Part shown: piece after piece, positions 1-9,202 of the stretch
Layout of the letters: each line of letters starts with the position of its first letter
How positions within the stretch are numbered: the stretch's first letter is position 1
From: a virus
Taxonomy: Duplodnaviria; Caudoviricetes
Reading direction: 5' to 3' (one strand)
IMG/VR virus record: IMGVR_UViG_3300049740_002155
DNA length: 64,000 bases
Translations under genes and position numbers: made by a program
The notes under the pieces: model-generated
The model's input: the letters and a program-made list of their open reading frames with translations, nothing else
The model's database searches: none
Told to the model about the DNA's origin: nothing

Positions 1-28
1 CAACGCACTTGGCCACGGATCACATCCT

Positions 29-1228
29 ATGGCAGATGTAAAAGGACTTAAATACTTTAAAGTTGATTATCTTGTGGACATCGTTTCAAAGAACAAAAGC
101 AGACTTAGAGGTGATGTTAAAAAGCACGTTGCTAAAATACTAAAGAAACTTTCAGGTGCAATGGCAGAAGCAGAAATTGATGAAGGATCAAAGTGGTTAA
201 AGTATAGTGATTTGCTTTTGGCAAAAAGTCGTGCAGTTGAAAAGTTCGGACCCGAATCCAAGGAAGTTCAAAAAATTGATAAAGAAATCAAAAAAGAAAT
301 GAACAAACTTGGAATACACGAATCGTTGATAAACGAATCAAAAGATATTGCTTTCGTTTTAGACCAACTTGCAAATGCAGTTGATTTGTATCCAAAAGAT
401 GAATTTGCTAAACATATGGCAAAAAATACAAAGTACGATGAAAAGTCTTTTGAGAAGTTGTATGACGCATATTTCAAAATGAAAGCAATGGATCGTTTTC
501 ATATGGCAACGGACATTAGTAAGTCAAAGAGGTTTTTGAAGAAGTTTGGAATTAGTGAAACTGCTCAATCTGTAAACGAAGGAATGAGTGATTTAGACTT
601 TGTTATTGACCAAATTTCAAACTCAATGGAACATTATGACGAAAAAGATTTTGTTAAGGATTTGTCAAAAGAAACCAAATATAATGCAAACTCATTAAAG
701 AAGGTATTCAATGCATATTGGGATATGGGTGCAATGGAACGTCATAAGATGAGTATGAACACAAACGATACAAAGAAGTTTCTTAAGAAGTTTGGAATTA
801 AAGAAGAAGTTCAACCTATAAATGAAGGTTTGTGGACTGGATTAAAAAGAAGAGGAGACTCGAAGGGTATTAACGGTAAAAAAGGAATATGGGCAGAATG
901 GGGTTCTGGAACAAGTTTTCAGCAAATTCTGTGGAGAATTTCTCCCAAAAAGGGTTTCTTAGATAAAGACGCATTGGATAAAGATGGTAAACCTGAAATG
1001 GATAGTTACTGGACAGGTTGGCCTGGACCGGGAGAAGTGGGATTACTTCGTTTTTTTCAGCATAATGAATGGGAAGGTCTTGACATTGAAAAAGATTTTC
1101 CTTATGACGATGTTAATAAAATGAGAATAGCATATAACAAACTTCCTGTTAAGACAAAAGTTCAAATGGCACACGGAGATCATAAACTCGCAATGAGATT
1201 TTTGGCAAAATTTGGAATCAAACCTTGA
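29..1228 (+). CDS. Putative internal-head/virion polyprotein with two ~80-aa repeats; probably 5'-truncated (frame is open from the window start)
   Basis: Repeats 'NE..D..FV(L/I)DQ...K(R/K)FLKKFGI' joined by (I/V)NE junctions; a third copy is in ORF 2503..3246. Confidence 0.55.
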   Translation: MADVKGLKYFKVDYLVDIVSKNKSRLRGDVKKHVAKILKKLSGAMAEAEIDEGSKWLKYSDLLLAKSRAVEKFGPESKEVQKIDKEIKKEMNKLGIHESLINESKDIAFVLDQLANAVDLYPKDEFAKHMAKNTKYDEKSFEKLYDAYFKMKAMDRFHMATDISKSKRFLKKFGISETAQSVNEGMSDLDFVIDQISNSMEHYDEKDFVKDLSKETKYNANSLKKVFNAYWDMGAMERHKMSMNTNDTKKFLKKFGIKEEVQPINEGLWTGLKRRGDSKGINGKKGIWAEWGSGTSFQQILWRISPKKGFLDKDALDKDGKPEMDSYWTGWPGPGEVGLLRFFQHNEWEGLDIEKDFPYDDVNKMRIAYNKLPVKTKVQMAHGDHKLAMRFLAKFGIKP

Positions 1229-1233
1229 TTAAA

Positions 1234-1596
1234 ATGAAAATTACAAAAGAAAAACTTAAAGAAATGATTCAAGTAGAACTTGAACACATCAACGAAGGAA
1301 TGAGCAAACGAGAAGGTGCAGAAGTTATCAAGCAACTAGGTGGTGGTCGTTTCATCGCAATGACAGGTGCCAAAGACTTTTTTATTGGACCAAAAGGTGT
1401 TGTATTTAAAATCGGAAGAAATTCAAAAGGTGTAAATTATGTTCGCATTAATTTGAATAGCATGGACACTTACGATGTTGAGTATCTTTCAGTTAGAGCA
1501 TACAAAGAAAAAGTAAAAAGCACATCAAAAGGAATTTATGCGGATATGCTTCGTGATTCATTTGAAGCAAACACAGGACTTAGAACATCATTATGA
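1234..1596 (+). CDS. Conserved phage hypothetical protein with N-terminal MKITK..LKE motif
   Basis: MKITKEKLKEMIQVELEHINE then QLGGGRFIAMTGAK...TGLRTSL; ATG at 1234 (track start is TTG 1225). Confidence 0.65.
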   Translation: MKITKEKLKEMIQVELEHINEGMSKREGAEVIKQLGGGRFIAMTGAKDFFIGPKGVVFKIGRNSKGVNYVRINLNSMDTYDVEYLSVRAYKEKVKSTSKGIYADMLRDSFEANTGLRTSL

Positions 1597-1889
1597 AAAT
1601 TACAAAAAGCAGATTAAAAGAAATCGTTCGTGAAGAACTTAATGAAATGCGTCCTCATACTTCCAAGGATTTACCAACCCAAACTATTCTTGACACCATC
1701 AAAAAAGATTTAGATTGGGAAGATGAATATCTTGGTTCAAAAGGAATGAAACAACTTGAAAAAGATTTAAAAAGAAAAAAAAGAATGTCTGCAACTGATT
1801 TAAGCAAACTTCTTCCTGGGTACATTCCAAGTGACGAGATATTTGGAATATTCAAAAACCATTTAGCAATAGGACCCGATGACAAATGA
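1593..1889 (+). CDS. Putative internal-head protein
   Basis: MKITKSRLKEIVREELNE N-terminus; ATGA overlap with upstream gene. Confidence 0.6.
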   Translation: MKITKSRLKEIVREELNEMRPHTSKDLPTQTILDTIKKDLDWEDEYLGSKGMKQLEKDLKRKKRMSATDLSKLLPGYIPSDEIFGIFKNHLAIGPDDK

Positions 1890-2506
1890 AAAAAATAAAT
1901 GAAGTAAAAGTATCACCTGAACACAAAAAGCAGTTTTTAAAAGATGCACTTGTGATTCTTGATAATATGGAAAAAGCAAATCTTGTTGATAAAGACACGG
2001 ATTTTAAAACCGTTAATAATACTTTGCGTATGGTTTTTAGTAAAATTGCAGGTGGAAAAGATAGTTACAACAATCGTTTATTTCATAAAATTCTTCCAAA
2101 AAAACTTAATACAGATTTGTACGACAATGGAGATGGCAATACATACGATAGTGTATGGATGTCACAAAATGATACTCAACGTGATACAATTCTTAAAAAA
2201 GCAATTAAAGCAAAACTTAATATAAGTGAAGCAGATGTTGATGAAAATCGTGCATTGGATAATGCAATTGCTAATCGTGATGCTAATCGTGCAAATCGTA
2301 AAGGAATTGAACAATACCAAGATTTGTATTTTGGTTTACATAAACTAATAAGTAAAGTATCCAAAAACAATAAAGTAAAAGGATACGGTGGTGAATTAAC
2401 TCACGCATTCGTTGATTTACTTTGGGCAGTAGAAGATGATCGTCTTGCAGTTGGTGAAATATTTAATGCACTTAAAAAAGTAAAAAGTAAGATTTCCAAG
2501 AAGTGA
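1886..2506 (+). CDS. Hypothetical (putative virion) protein
   Basis: Coupled ORF starting MKKINE, internal LNISE junction. Confidence 0.55.
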   Translation: MKKINEVKVSPEHKKQFLKDALVILDNMEKANLVDKDTDFKTVNNTLRMVFSKIAGGKDSYNNRLFHKILPKKLNTDLYDNGDGNTYDSVWMSQNDTQRDTILKKAIKAKLNISEADVDENRALDNAIANRDANRANRKGIEQYQDLYFGLHKLISKVSKNNKVKGYGGELTHAFVDLLWAVEDDRLAVGEIFNALKKVKSKISKK

Positions 2507-3246
2507 AAATATCAAAACAACAACTCAAAGAAATTATTCGTGAGGAACTTGCAAGTTTAAATGAGCAATTAACTGATCTACAATTTATCATCAACCAGGT
2601 TTCATTCGATATGAGACGATATAGCAATGAAAAAAAATTCGTTGATCATTTGTCAAAAGAAACCTCGTATGATGCAGATAAACTTAAAAATGTTTTTAAA
2701 GCATATCAAAAGTTAAGTAATACCGAAAAATACAAAATGGAAACACCATATAGTGGTGCGATACTTGCAAAAAAGTTTCTTGCCAAACATGGAATTGTTC
2801 GTGAAGAACTTGCAAGTTTAAACGAAGATCAATACGGAGATGTTTCTTTTTCTCGTAGAAAACTCAAACTTGCGTGTGAAGACTCCGAAAGTATTCTTCA
2901 GTTGTTGGCAAATAAAGCAGAAGATGAGGAACTTCCAAACTGGTGGAAAGATAAAGTAAGCAAAGCAGCCGATTATCTTAATATTGCACGTGATTATCTT
3001 GCAACTGATTCTCATACTGATGCAATCCACGAAGAAACCGAAAAAGAATTTCCGATTTGGGGCATTCCACCAGGGAAAAACTCAGAGGAATTGTTATACA
3101 CAAAAGCACCTTCTCATTCGCAAGCAAAAGTTATTGCAAGAATTCTTCGTGATAAACATGGATGTAAAAAAGTTAGAATTCAAGTATTAGATTTAGCACA
3201 AAATCCTGCGGATATTTTTAACTCTGATAAATTATTTAACAAATAA
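2503..3246 (+). CDS. Putative internal-head polyprotein
   Basis: MKISKQQLKEIIREELASLNE; second REELASLNE at 2800-2826; contains module shared with ORF 29..1228 and a WWKDKVSKAADYL module. Confidence 0.6.
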   Translation: MKISKQQLKEIIREELASLNEQLTDLQFIINQVSFDMRRYSNEKKFVDHLSKETSYDADKLKNVFKAYQKLSNTEKYKMETPYSGAILAKKFLAKHGIVREELASLNEDQYGDVSFSRRKLKLACEDSESILQLLANKAEDEELPNWWKDKVSKAADYLNIARDYLATDSHTDAIHEETEKEFPIWGIPPGKNSEELLYTKAPSHSQAKVIARILRDKHGCKKVRIQVLDLAQNPADIFNSDKLFNK

Positions 3247-3251
3247 ATGTC

Positions 3252-3280
3252 TTGACTTTTTATAATAACTTTGATAGATT
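3252..3280 (+). promoter_or_regulatory. Early sigma70-like promoter (repeat family copy)
   Basis: TTGACT-ttttataataactttga(17)-TAGATT. Confidence 0.7.
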
Positions 3281-3289
3281 ATATAAAGA

Positions 3290-4354
3290 ATGAGGTACAT
3301 GAGAATAGTAAACGAGATAAGATTATCTCAAACGGTGGATGCTAAACACAAAGATTCAATTGAGTTTGTGCAAAAATGGAAACAGGGTCAAAAGATTCCA
3401 AATCCACAATTTCAGAAAATCAAAAGTGATGTATCAAGAGCATTTGATATTGCAACAAACAGCACAAAGTTGAAAGGTGCAAACGAGTTTACCGTTTGGG
3501 GACTACAAAAACAAGACGGAGAAACAGAAGAATACAAATATTCTTTTCCAAATAGTGTTCTTCACGTTTCGGGGTATCTTAAAAGAACTGCAAAGCAACT
3601 TAAAAGAACAATCAAAAGTCCCAAAGCAAGCAAGATTGTAAAAGACGCAATGACTGCGTGTGAACCTTGGGAAAAGATTGCGATTACTTTAAAAGCAATG
3701 AAAAATGATGTTGTTAAACGTCAGATTGGTGCAGGATCAAATAAACCAATGATACCCAAAGGTGCAATCAGCAAGGAAATTGAAGAAGAACTTGAAAAAA
3801 TCGGTAAAGGATTTGAAAAAGAGTTGCAAGAAAACTTTGAAGATTATTATGAAATGATCATTGATCAATATCAAAAAGATGCAAAAAAACACGGAATCAC
3901 AAGCACCTACGATTTATATAAGTCTCAGTCAAATTATCATTTGAATAAAATATTAAGTAGTTTTCTTGATAGCAAGTATGACCACAACGAACGTGGTGGA
4001 TATGCTTACACCCTTAAATCAGATTACAAAAAGATATTAAAAGATACTGCAAAACAAAATGCCAAAGAAGGTGTTGAGAAGTTTGTTTACAAAATGAAAA
4101 TGAAACTTAGTGTGATTGTTGGTGGTCGTGGCATCGGTGTTAATGTTGACGGAAATCATAATCGCAATACAATGTCTTTTGATTTTGAGGACGGAAGTCG
4201 TTTCACGGTTAAAAATGGAATTGTTTTAAGTTATAGTGTTTATGGAAAACCTTTTTATCGTTATCCAACCACTTTTCATGATGTAATTTTACCGAATGGT
4301 GACAAATTAAGAAATCCATCTGAGACAAAAATCAAAAAAGAGTTTGCAAAATAG
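3290..4354 (+). CDS. Conserved phage hypothetical protein
   Basis: 354-aa ORF behind early promoter; C-terminal YRYPTTFHDV.LPNG motif recalled from other phages. Confidence 0.6.
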   Translation: MRYMRIVNEIRLSQTVDAKHKDSIEFVQKWKQGQKIPNPQFQKIKSDVSRAFDIATNSTKLKGANEFTVWGLQKQDGETEEYKYSFPNSVLHVSGYLKRTAKQLKRTIKSPKASKIVKDAMTACEPWEKIAITLKAMKNDVVKRQIGAGSNKPMIPKGAISKEIEEELEKIGKGFEKELQENFEDYYEMIIDQYQKDAKKHGITSTYDLYKSQSNYHLNKILSSFLDSKYDHNERGGYAYTLKSDYKKILKDTAKQNAKEGVEKFVYKMKMKLSVIVGGRGIGVNVDGNHNRNTMSFDFEDGSRFTVKNGIVLSYSVYGKPFYRYPTTFHDVILPNGDKLRNPSETKIKKEFAK

Positions 4355-4389
4355 TCATATTTGTATATATTTAAGGTATTAGATATATC

Positions 4390-6519
4390 ATGAAAACCAT
4401 AGTTTATGTGCTTTTAGGGCTACTTGTGAGCTTGCCGGTGTGGTCTAATGAAACACCGCCGGAAAGAATTAATGCAGAGGAATTGCGTGAAATTTCTCAG
4501 AAAAGAAAAGTTGTTATTATCATCAACAAAGAAGGAAAACAACTTGAAGGAAAGGTTTTAGAATATGACGGTGAGTCTGTGCTATTTCAACGACAGAAAG
4601 ATTTACAATTATTTCGTTTTGATTTAACTGGTTTAGCACAACAATCGCAACGTATGATTAAAGACAATTATATGACTGCGAATTATAATGTGCCAAAATT
4701 ACAAAGACCACTTCAAGAAAATCAAATCAAGAAGTTCGCCGCATATGCAGACAATTTGGTGTTGGAAAAACTTCGTAGTGAAAAACAAAGACCAACCCGT
4801 GATGTAGATGATTATACTTTTATGCGTAGAGCATATCTTAAAATCATTGGTCGTATTCCAAACAAAGCAGAAATTGATGAATTCAAAAAAGAAATGCGTG
4901 GAAACAAACTGAAACTAATCAATAAGTTACTAGATAGTGAAGGTTACATTAATCATCAGTTGAATTATTATAGTGATATTCTTCGTATTCAGAATAAATT
5001 AAATAATACTAATATCAATAGTGGATTTCGTTATCGTGAATGGGTTCGCAATGAAATTCGTAATAATACTCCGTTTGACGAAATGGTACAAAAATTAATT
5101 GCATCAGAAGGTGCTTATTATGAACCAGGAAGTGAACCAATAGGTTTTTATTTGCGTGATCGTGGTATGCCATTAGATAATCTTGCAAACACGGTACAAG
5201 TGTTTTTAGGAACTCGTTTAGAATGTGCTATGTGTCACGATCATCCATTTGATAAATGGACACAAAAGCAGTTTTATGAAATGGCCGCATTTACCGATGG
5301 AGTAAGTCGTGTTCAATATCGTGAGAACTCTAAACTTGTTGGAGACTTCAATCGTATTGTTCGCAACGACAAAACAGAAGATGTCGGAACACTTAATCAA
5401 TATCGCAATTATATTCGTGACATTATGGGTTATGGATTAGATGATAATCTTGGTAAGGGTTCTATAAAACTTACAGATGCGTTTATGGAAGATGACGCAA
5501 AACCAGGAGATACTCTTCTTGCAAAAGCAATATTTGCTCCACCATTGGAAATTGAAAAAACTGACACACTTCCACAAAGTCGCAAACAATTTGCAGAATG
5601 GATTACCTCAGAAGCAAATCCAAGATTTACTACTGTTATTGTAAATCGTTTATGGAAACGAGCATTTGGAATTGGTTTGATTGAACCGGTTGATGATATG
5701 AACGATAACACTCAATCAAGCAATCCTCAGTTACTTGCGTATCTTGAAAAAATTATGGCATCTGTTGATTATGATGTTAAAGAATTTATGCGAGTATTAT
5801 ATAGTATGGACTTGTTTACACGTGATAGTGTTAAAGATGATCACAAAGGAGTAGAAACATTTTACTTTGCAGGACCACCTCTTCAACGAATGAAAGGTGA
5901 GCAAATATGGGATTCACTTGTAACATTGGTATACAACGATATTGATTCACCTGATCGTTTTCCGAGCAATTACGATGAAAAGTATCAAGCAGTTTATGAT
6001 CGTTACAAAGAATATACTGCTCAAGAAATTTATGATGAACTTAAAGAGTATCTTGCTAATACAGAAAAACCAAGTCGCAATCTTGCAGAAGTAGTTCAGC
6101 AATTAAACGAGTCAGAAGGAAGGTACAAATCAAAGCAACTTAAAGACAGAGATTTAATTCGTAGTAGTTATGTAGGTTATCCACCACCTGGTGGACATCT
6201 TATTCGCCAGTTTGGTGGAAGTGACAAAGCACTTATTGAAAACTCAAACTTTGAAGCAACAACACCACAAGTATTGAATATGTTGAATGGTTTCGTGGAA
6301 AAAAGAATTATCAATAATAAGAATGCTGATTTTATGAAGCAGATGGCACAAGAAAATCGTGAAACCGGAAAAATTGAGGACATCTTTATGAGCATTCTTA
6401 ATCGTAAACCAACTTCAACGGAGATGAAATTACTTAAAAAATATATCGATGAACCAAACGGTGCAAAACATATTGCGTGGATTCTTATGAACTCCCACGA
6501 ATTTATTTTCATTCGTTAA
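4390..6519 (+). CDS. DUF1549/DUF1553 (PSCyt2/PSD1) protein with signal peptide, SHD1-like N-domain and CxxCH heme-binding motif
   Basis: DDYTFMRRAYLKIIGRIP; VFLGTRLECAMCHDHPFDKW; VNRLWKRAFGIGLIEPVDD; WILMNSHEF; N-terminal hydrophobic signal. Confidence 0.9.
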   Translation: MKTIVYVLLGLLVSLPVWSNETPPERINAEELREISQKRKVVIIINKEGKQLEGKVLEYDGESVLFQRQKDLQLFRFDLTGLAQQSQRMIKDNYMTANYNVPKLQRPLQENQIKKFAAYADNLVLEKLRSEKQRPTRDVDDYTFMRRAYLKIIGRIPNKAEIDEFKKEMRGNKLKLINKLLDSEGYINHQLNYYSDILRIQNKLNNTNINSGFRYREWVRNEIRNNTPFDEMVQKLIASEGAYYEPGSEPIGFYLRDRGMPLDNLANTVQVFLGTRLECAMCHDHPFDKWTQKQFYEMAAFTDGVSRVQYRENSKLVGDFNRIVRNDKTEDVGTLNQYRNYIRDIMGYGLDDNLGKGSIKLTDAFMEDDAKPGDTLLAKAIFAPPLEIEKTDTLPQSRKQFAEWITSEANPRFTTVIVNRLWKRAFGIGLIEPVDDMNDNTQSSNPQLLAYLEKIMASVDYDVKEFMRVLYSMDLFTRDSVKDDHKGVETFYFAGPPLQRMKGEQIWDSLVTLVYNDIDSPDRFPSNYDEKYQAVYDRYKEYTAQEIYDELKEYLANTEKPSRNLAEVVQQLNESEGRYKSKQLKDRDLIRSSYVGYPPPGGHLIRQFGGSDKALIENSNFEATTPQVLNMLNGFVEKRIINNKNADFMKQMAQENRETGKIEDIFMSILNRKPTSTEMKLLKKYIDEPNGAKHIAWILMNSHEFIFIR

Positions 6520-6547
6520 TTTTAAACTAGAAAAGGAAAAAAATAAA

Positions 6548-7831
6548 ATGGAAAACCTATTAAAAGACGAACTCTCAAGAAGAGGATTCCTCACAGGCAT
6601 GGCAAAATCTTGTCTTGGTGTTAGTGCAATCTTAGGAGCAGAAGATTTGCTTGCGTATGAAATACCTGGTAAAACTGCATCTGCTCGTCACGTTATCTTT
6701 TTGTATATGGCAGGTGGAATGACTCATATTGATACATTTGATCCTAAACCTGAGAACAAAGATGTTATGGGTGAAACAACTGCTATCAACACATCTGCTG
6801 ATGGAATTCAGTTGGGTAATTGGTTACCAAATACTGCAAAGCAAATGCACAATGCGGCTTTGATTCGTAGTTTGACAAGTAATCAAGGAGCACACCAACA
6901 AGCAAACTATTTGCTTCATACTTCTTATCAACGCAGAGGAACTATCAAGCATCCTACATTGGGAAGTTGGGTAAGTCGTTTATCAGGTAAATTGAATCGC
7001 ACTCTTCCTGCTCACGTTCGTATCAACGGTGGAAGTGATGTATTGGGTGCTGGATTCTTAGAAAGCAAACACGGTCCTCTTCCATTGGGTAATCCAAGTA
7101 GTGGAATTCAGAATGTTAAGGCAGCCGGTTATCTTGAGCAATCATTATACACACAACGTCTTCATACTGCACAAGAATTTAACAAAATGTTTCTGAATGA
7201 ATACTCTCAAAAACAAGTACGTGCGTACACAGACTTATATAACGATGCAGTAAAGTTGATGAGCAGTAAAGATTTGGAAGCATTTGATCTTACAAAAGAA
7301 ACCGAAGAAACCCGTGAACTTTACGGAGAAAATAACTTTGGACAAGGATGTTTGCTTGCTCGTCGTTTAGTTGAAACTGGTGTTCGTTTTGTTGAAGTTC
7401 AACTTGGTGGTTGGGATATGCACAACGGAGTATTTGACGGAATGGCAACCCGTGGTGCTACACTTGACCAAGGTTTATCAGCATTGCTTTCTGATCTCGA
7501 AAGAACAGGTAAAATTGATGACACTATGGTTGTTGTTGCAAGTGAGTTCGGAAGAACACCTGAAGTTAAAGCAGGTCGTATCGGACGAGACCATCACCCA
7601 ACTGCTTTTAGTGCAATGCTTGCAGGTGGAGGAATCAAGGGTGGAACCGTTTATGGTAAGAGTGACGAACGAGCACACTATGTAGAAGAAGAAGGTTCAT
7701 CTGTAGAAGACCTCAATGCAACGGTTGCTCATGCTCTTGGTCTTAAACTTGAAGAAATACACTACTCACCAAGTGGACGTCCATTCAAGGTAGCACACGA
7801 TGGTAAAGTGCTTACCAAGTTGTTAGTGTAA
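6548..7831 (+). CDS. DUF1501 protein (sulfatase/alkaline-phosphatase-like), Tat-exported
   Basis: SRRGFL twin-arginine signal; GGMTHIDTFDPKP, GWDMH, SEFGRTP, RDHHP motifs; directly follows DUF1549/1553 as in PVC bacteria. Confidence 0.92.
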   Translation: MENLLKDELSRRGFLTGMAKSCLGVSAILGAEDLLAYEIPGKTASARHVIFLYMAGGMTHIDTFDPKPENKDVMGETTAINTSADGIQLGNWLPNTAKQMHNAALIRSLTSNQGAHQQANYLLHTSYQRRGTIKHPTLGSWVSRLSGKLNRTLPAHVRINGGSDVLGAGFLESKHGPLPLGNPSSGIQNVKAAGYLEQSLYTQRLHTAQEFNKMFLNEYSQKQVRAYTDLYNDAVKLMSSKDLEAFDLTKETEETRELYGENNFGQGCLLARRLVETGVRFVEVQLGGWDMHNGVFDGMATRGATLDQGLSALLSDLERTGKIDDTMVVVASEFGRTPEVKAGRIGRDHHPTAFSAMLAGGGIKGGTVYGKSDERAHYVEEEGSSVEDLNATVAHALGLKLEEIHYSPSGRPFKVAHDGKVLTKLLV

Positions 7832-7868
7832 TTTAAGTTAATTACTTACAGTTTAGTTAGTTTAGTGC

Positions 7869-7919
7869 TTGACTTTTTATAAAAAGTTTGGTAGTATTCT
7901 TGTATTGAGAGTGAGAAAG
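7869..7919 (+). promoter_or_regulatory. Early promoter cassette (full form with CTTGTATTGAGAGTGAGAAA leader)
   Basis: TTGACT-17-TAGTAT; spacer contains a perfect 16-bp palindrome ACTTTTTATAAAAAGT (7872-7887). Confidence 0.75.
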
Positions 7920-7943
7920 AACCAAACTAAAAAAGGAGAAAAT

Positions 7944-8114
7944 ATGAGTGAGTTCGTTAATAAAAGTGATATACTAGCAGAAAAGATTGCAAGAAGAACA
8001 GAAGTTACCAAGGAAATAAAGGAAATGAGGTCAGTTGGAAATTATGATGGTGCTGAGTTTTTATTGAATGAATTGAGAAATCTGAATCGGATGATCAAGA
8101 ATTTCAGCAAGTAA
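7944..8114 (+). CDS. Small hypothetical early protein
   Basis: AGGAG RBS before ATG 7944; the track's TTG start lies in the -35 box. Confidence 0.6.
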   Translation: MSEFVNKSDILAEKIARRTEVTKEIKEMRSVGNYDGAEFLLNELRNLNRMIKNFSK

Positions 8115-8126
8115 TGATTTTTTAGG

Positions 8127-8180
8127 TTGACTTTTTATAATAATTCTGATAGGATTACTGTATTGAAAGTGAGAGAAGAG
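8127..8180 (+). promoter_or_regulatory. Early promoter cassette
   Basis: TTGACT-ttttataataattctga-TAGGAT plus GTATTGAAAGTGAGAGAAGAG. Confidence 0.72.
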
Positions 8181-8191
8181 AAACAAAAAAT

Positions 8192-8539
8192 ATGAGAGAA
8201 ACTAAGTTTGATTTAACTACCCCACGTGGAATTTACGATGCTATGAAGCAACGCAAGATTGATCTTCACAACGATGCCAAGTCAACGGCAGAAATTTTTA
8301 GGAAGCATAATCTGTTTGTGCGAGTTGTGTATCGCAAGCATTATGATCCTTATGTAAGAATTTATGGTAGTGCTTGCAAGCAAGTTCACGGTGATCCCAA
8401 GTGGATTGATATTGCTAATACTGCAATGCAAGAAGCAATTGCAATGGGATATCAAAATGATGTCTTTTTTAGTCACGAAGGTGAATGTAGCACCGGTATC
8501 GGCAATAGTCTTCGTTGGAGAAATTGCCAAAGTGCTTAA
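8192..8539 (+). CDS. Hypothetical early protein
   Basis: 115-aa ORF behind promoter. Confidence 0.6.
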   Translation: MRETKFDLTTPRGIYDAMKQRKIDLHNDAKSTAEIFRKHNLFVRVVYRKHYDPYVRIYGSACKQVHGDPKWIDIANTAMQEAIAMGYQNDVFFSHEGECSTGIGNSLRWRNCQSA

Positions 8540-8565
8540 TACACAGAATTACAAAAATAACAATT

Positions 8566-8802
8566 ATGACACAAGCAGAAATTAGAAACAAAATCAAAGA
8601 AATCGTTAACGAAAATACTCGTTATGCTGATCCCAAGGATTCTATTAACACAAGTAAGTTTCACGGATGGGAAGCAAAGAAGTTTGCCGGAAAAGAAGGT
8701 TACTGCATTCAGTCAGCAGAAGAAGCACTTGATGATATCATACACGACTTGAAGTCTTTGCAAAGAGAAATTGCTACTTCACCATCACTTACAACAAGTT
8801 AA
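8566..8802 (+). CDS. Hypothetical protein
   Basis: Start moved to ATG 8566 (MTQAEIRNK). Confidence 0.55.
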   Translation: MTQAEIRNKIKEIVNENTRYADPKDSINTSKFHGWEAKKFAGKEGYCIQSAEEALDDIIHDLKSLQREIATSPSLTTS

Positions 8803-8809
8803 CAATATT

Positions 8810-9049
8810 ATGAGTATAAATCAGCATATAGAAGAATGTGCAACGGAAAGTGGAGTTGACCTTGAGGTTAGCAATTCCAACGAAGAAAACATTGAATACA
8901 AAAGTCACATCATTGAGGTATGGTACGATGAGAATTCCAGTTCACCTCTTGCATGGAATGCTTTTATCAAAGGATTTGGAACTTATTCAGAGTATGGACG
9001 TGATCGGGTTGTTCACGTCGCAAAACGAAAAATTGACGGACTATGCTAA
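8810..9049 (+). CDS. Hypothetical protein
   Basis: Start moved to ATG 8810 (MSINQH). Confidence 0.5.
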   Translation: MSINQHIEECATESGVDLEVSNSNEENIEYKSHIIEVWYDENSSSPLAWNAFIKGFGTYSEYGRDRVVHVAKRKIDGLC

Positions 9050-9202
9050 ATCTACTTAAAAACATTATTGGTATAGCAATTACTTTATACGGAACATTAC
9101 TGATTATCAATTTAGTGTATTGTATTATCGGAGAACTTGAATGGAATAGATTTTTTTATTTGTAATTGAGTCTAACTTACATCTATTCAATATATATTGA
9201 GT

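Noticed and set aside
4390-7831. Window being a bacterial (PVC) chromosome
   Set aside because: Low GC, dense small orphan ORFs, phage-type ligase, cargo proteins and no housekeeping operons. Host-like genes are single insertions with phage-like composition.
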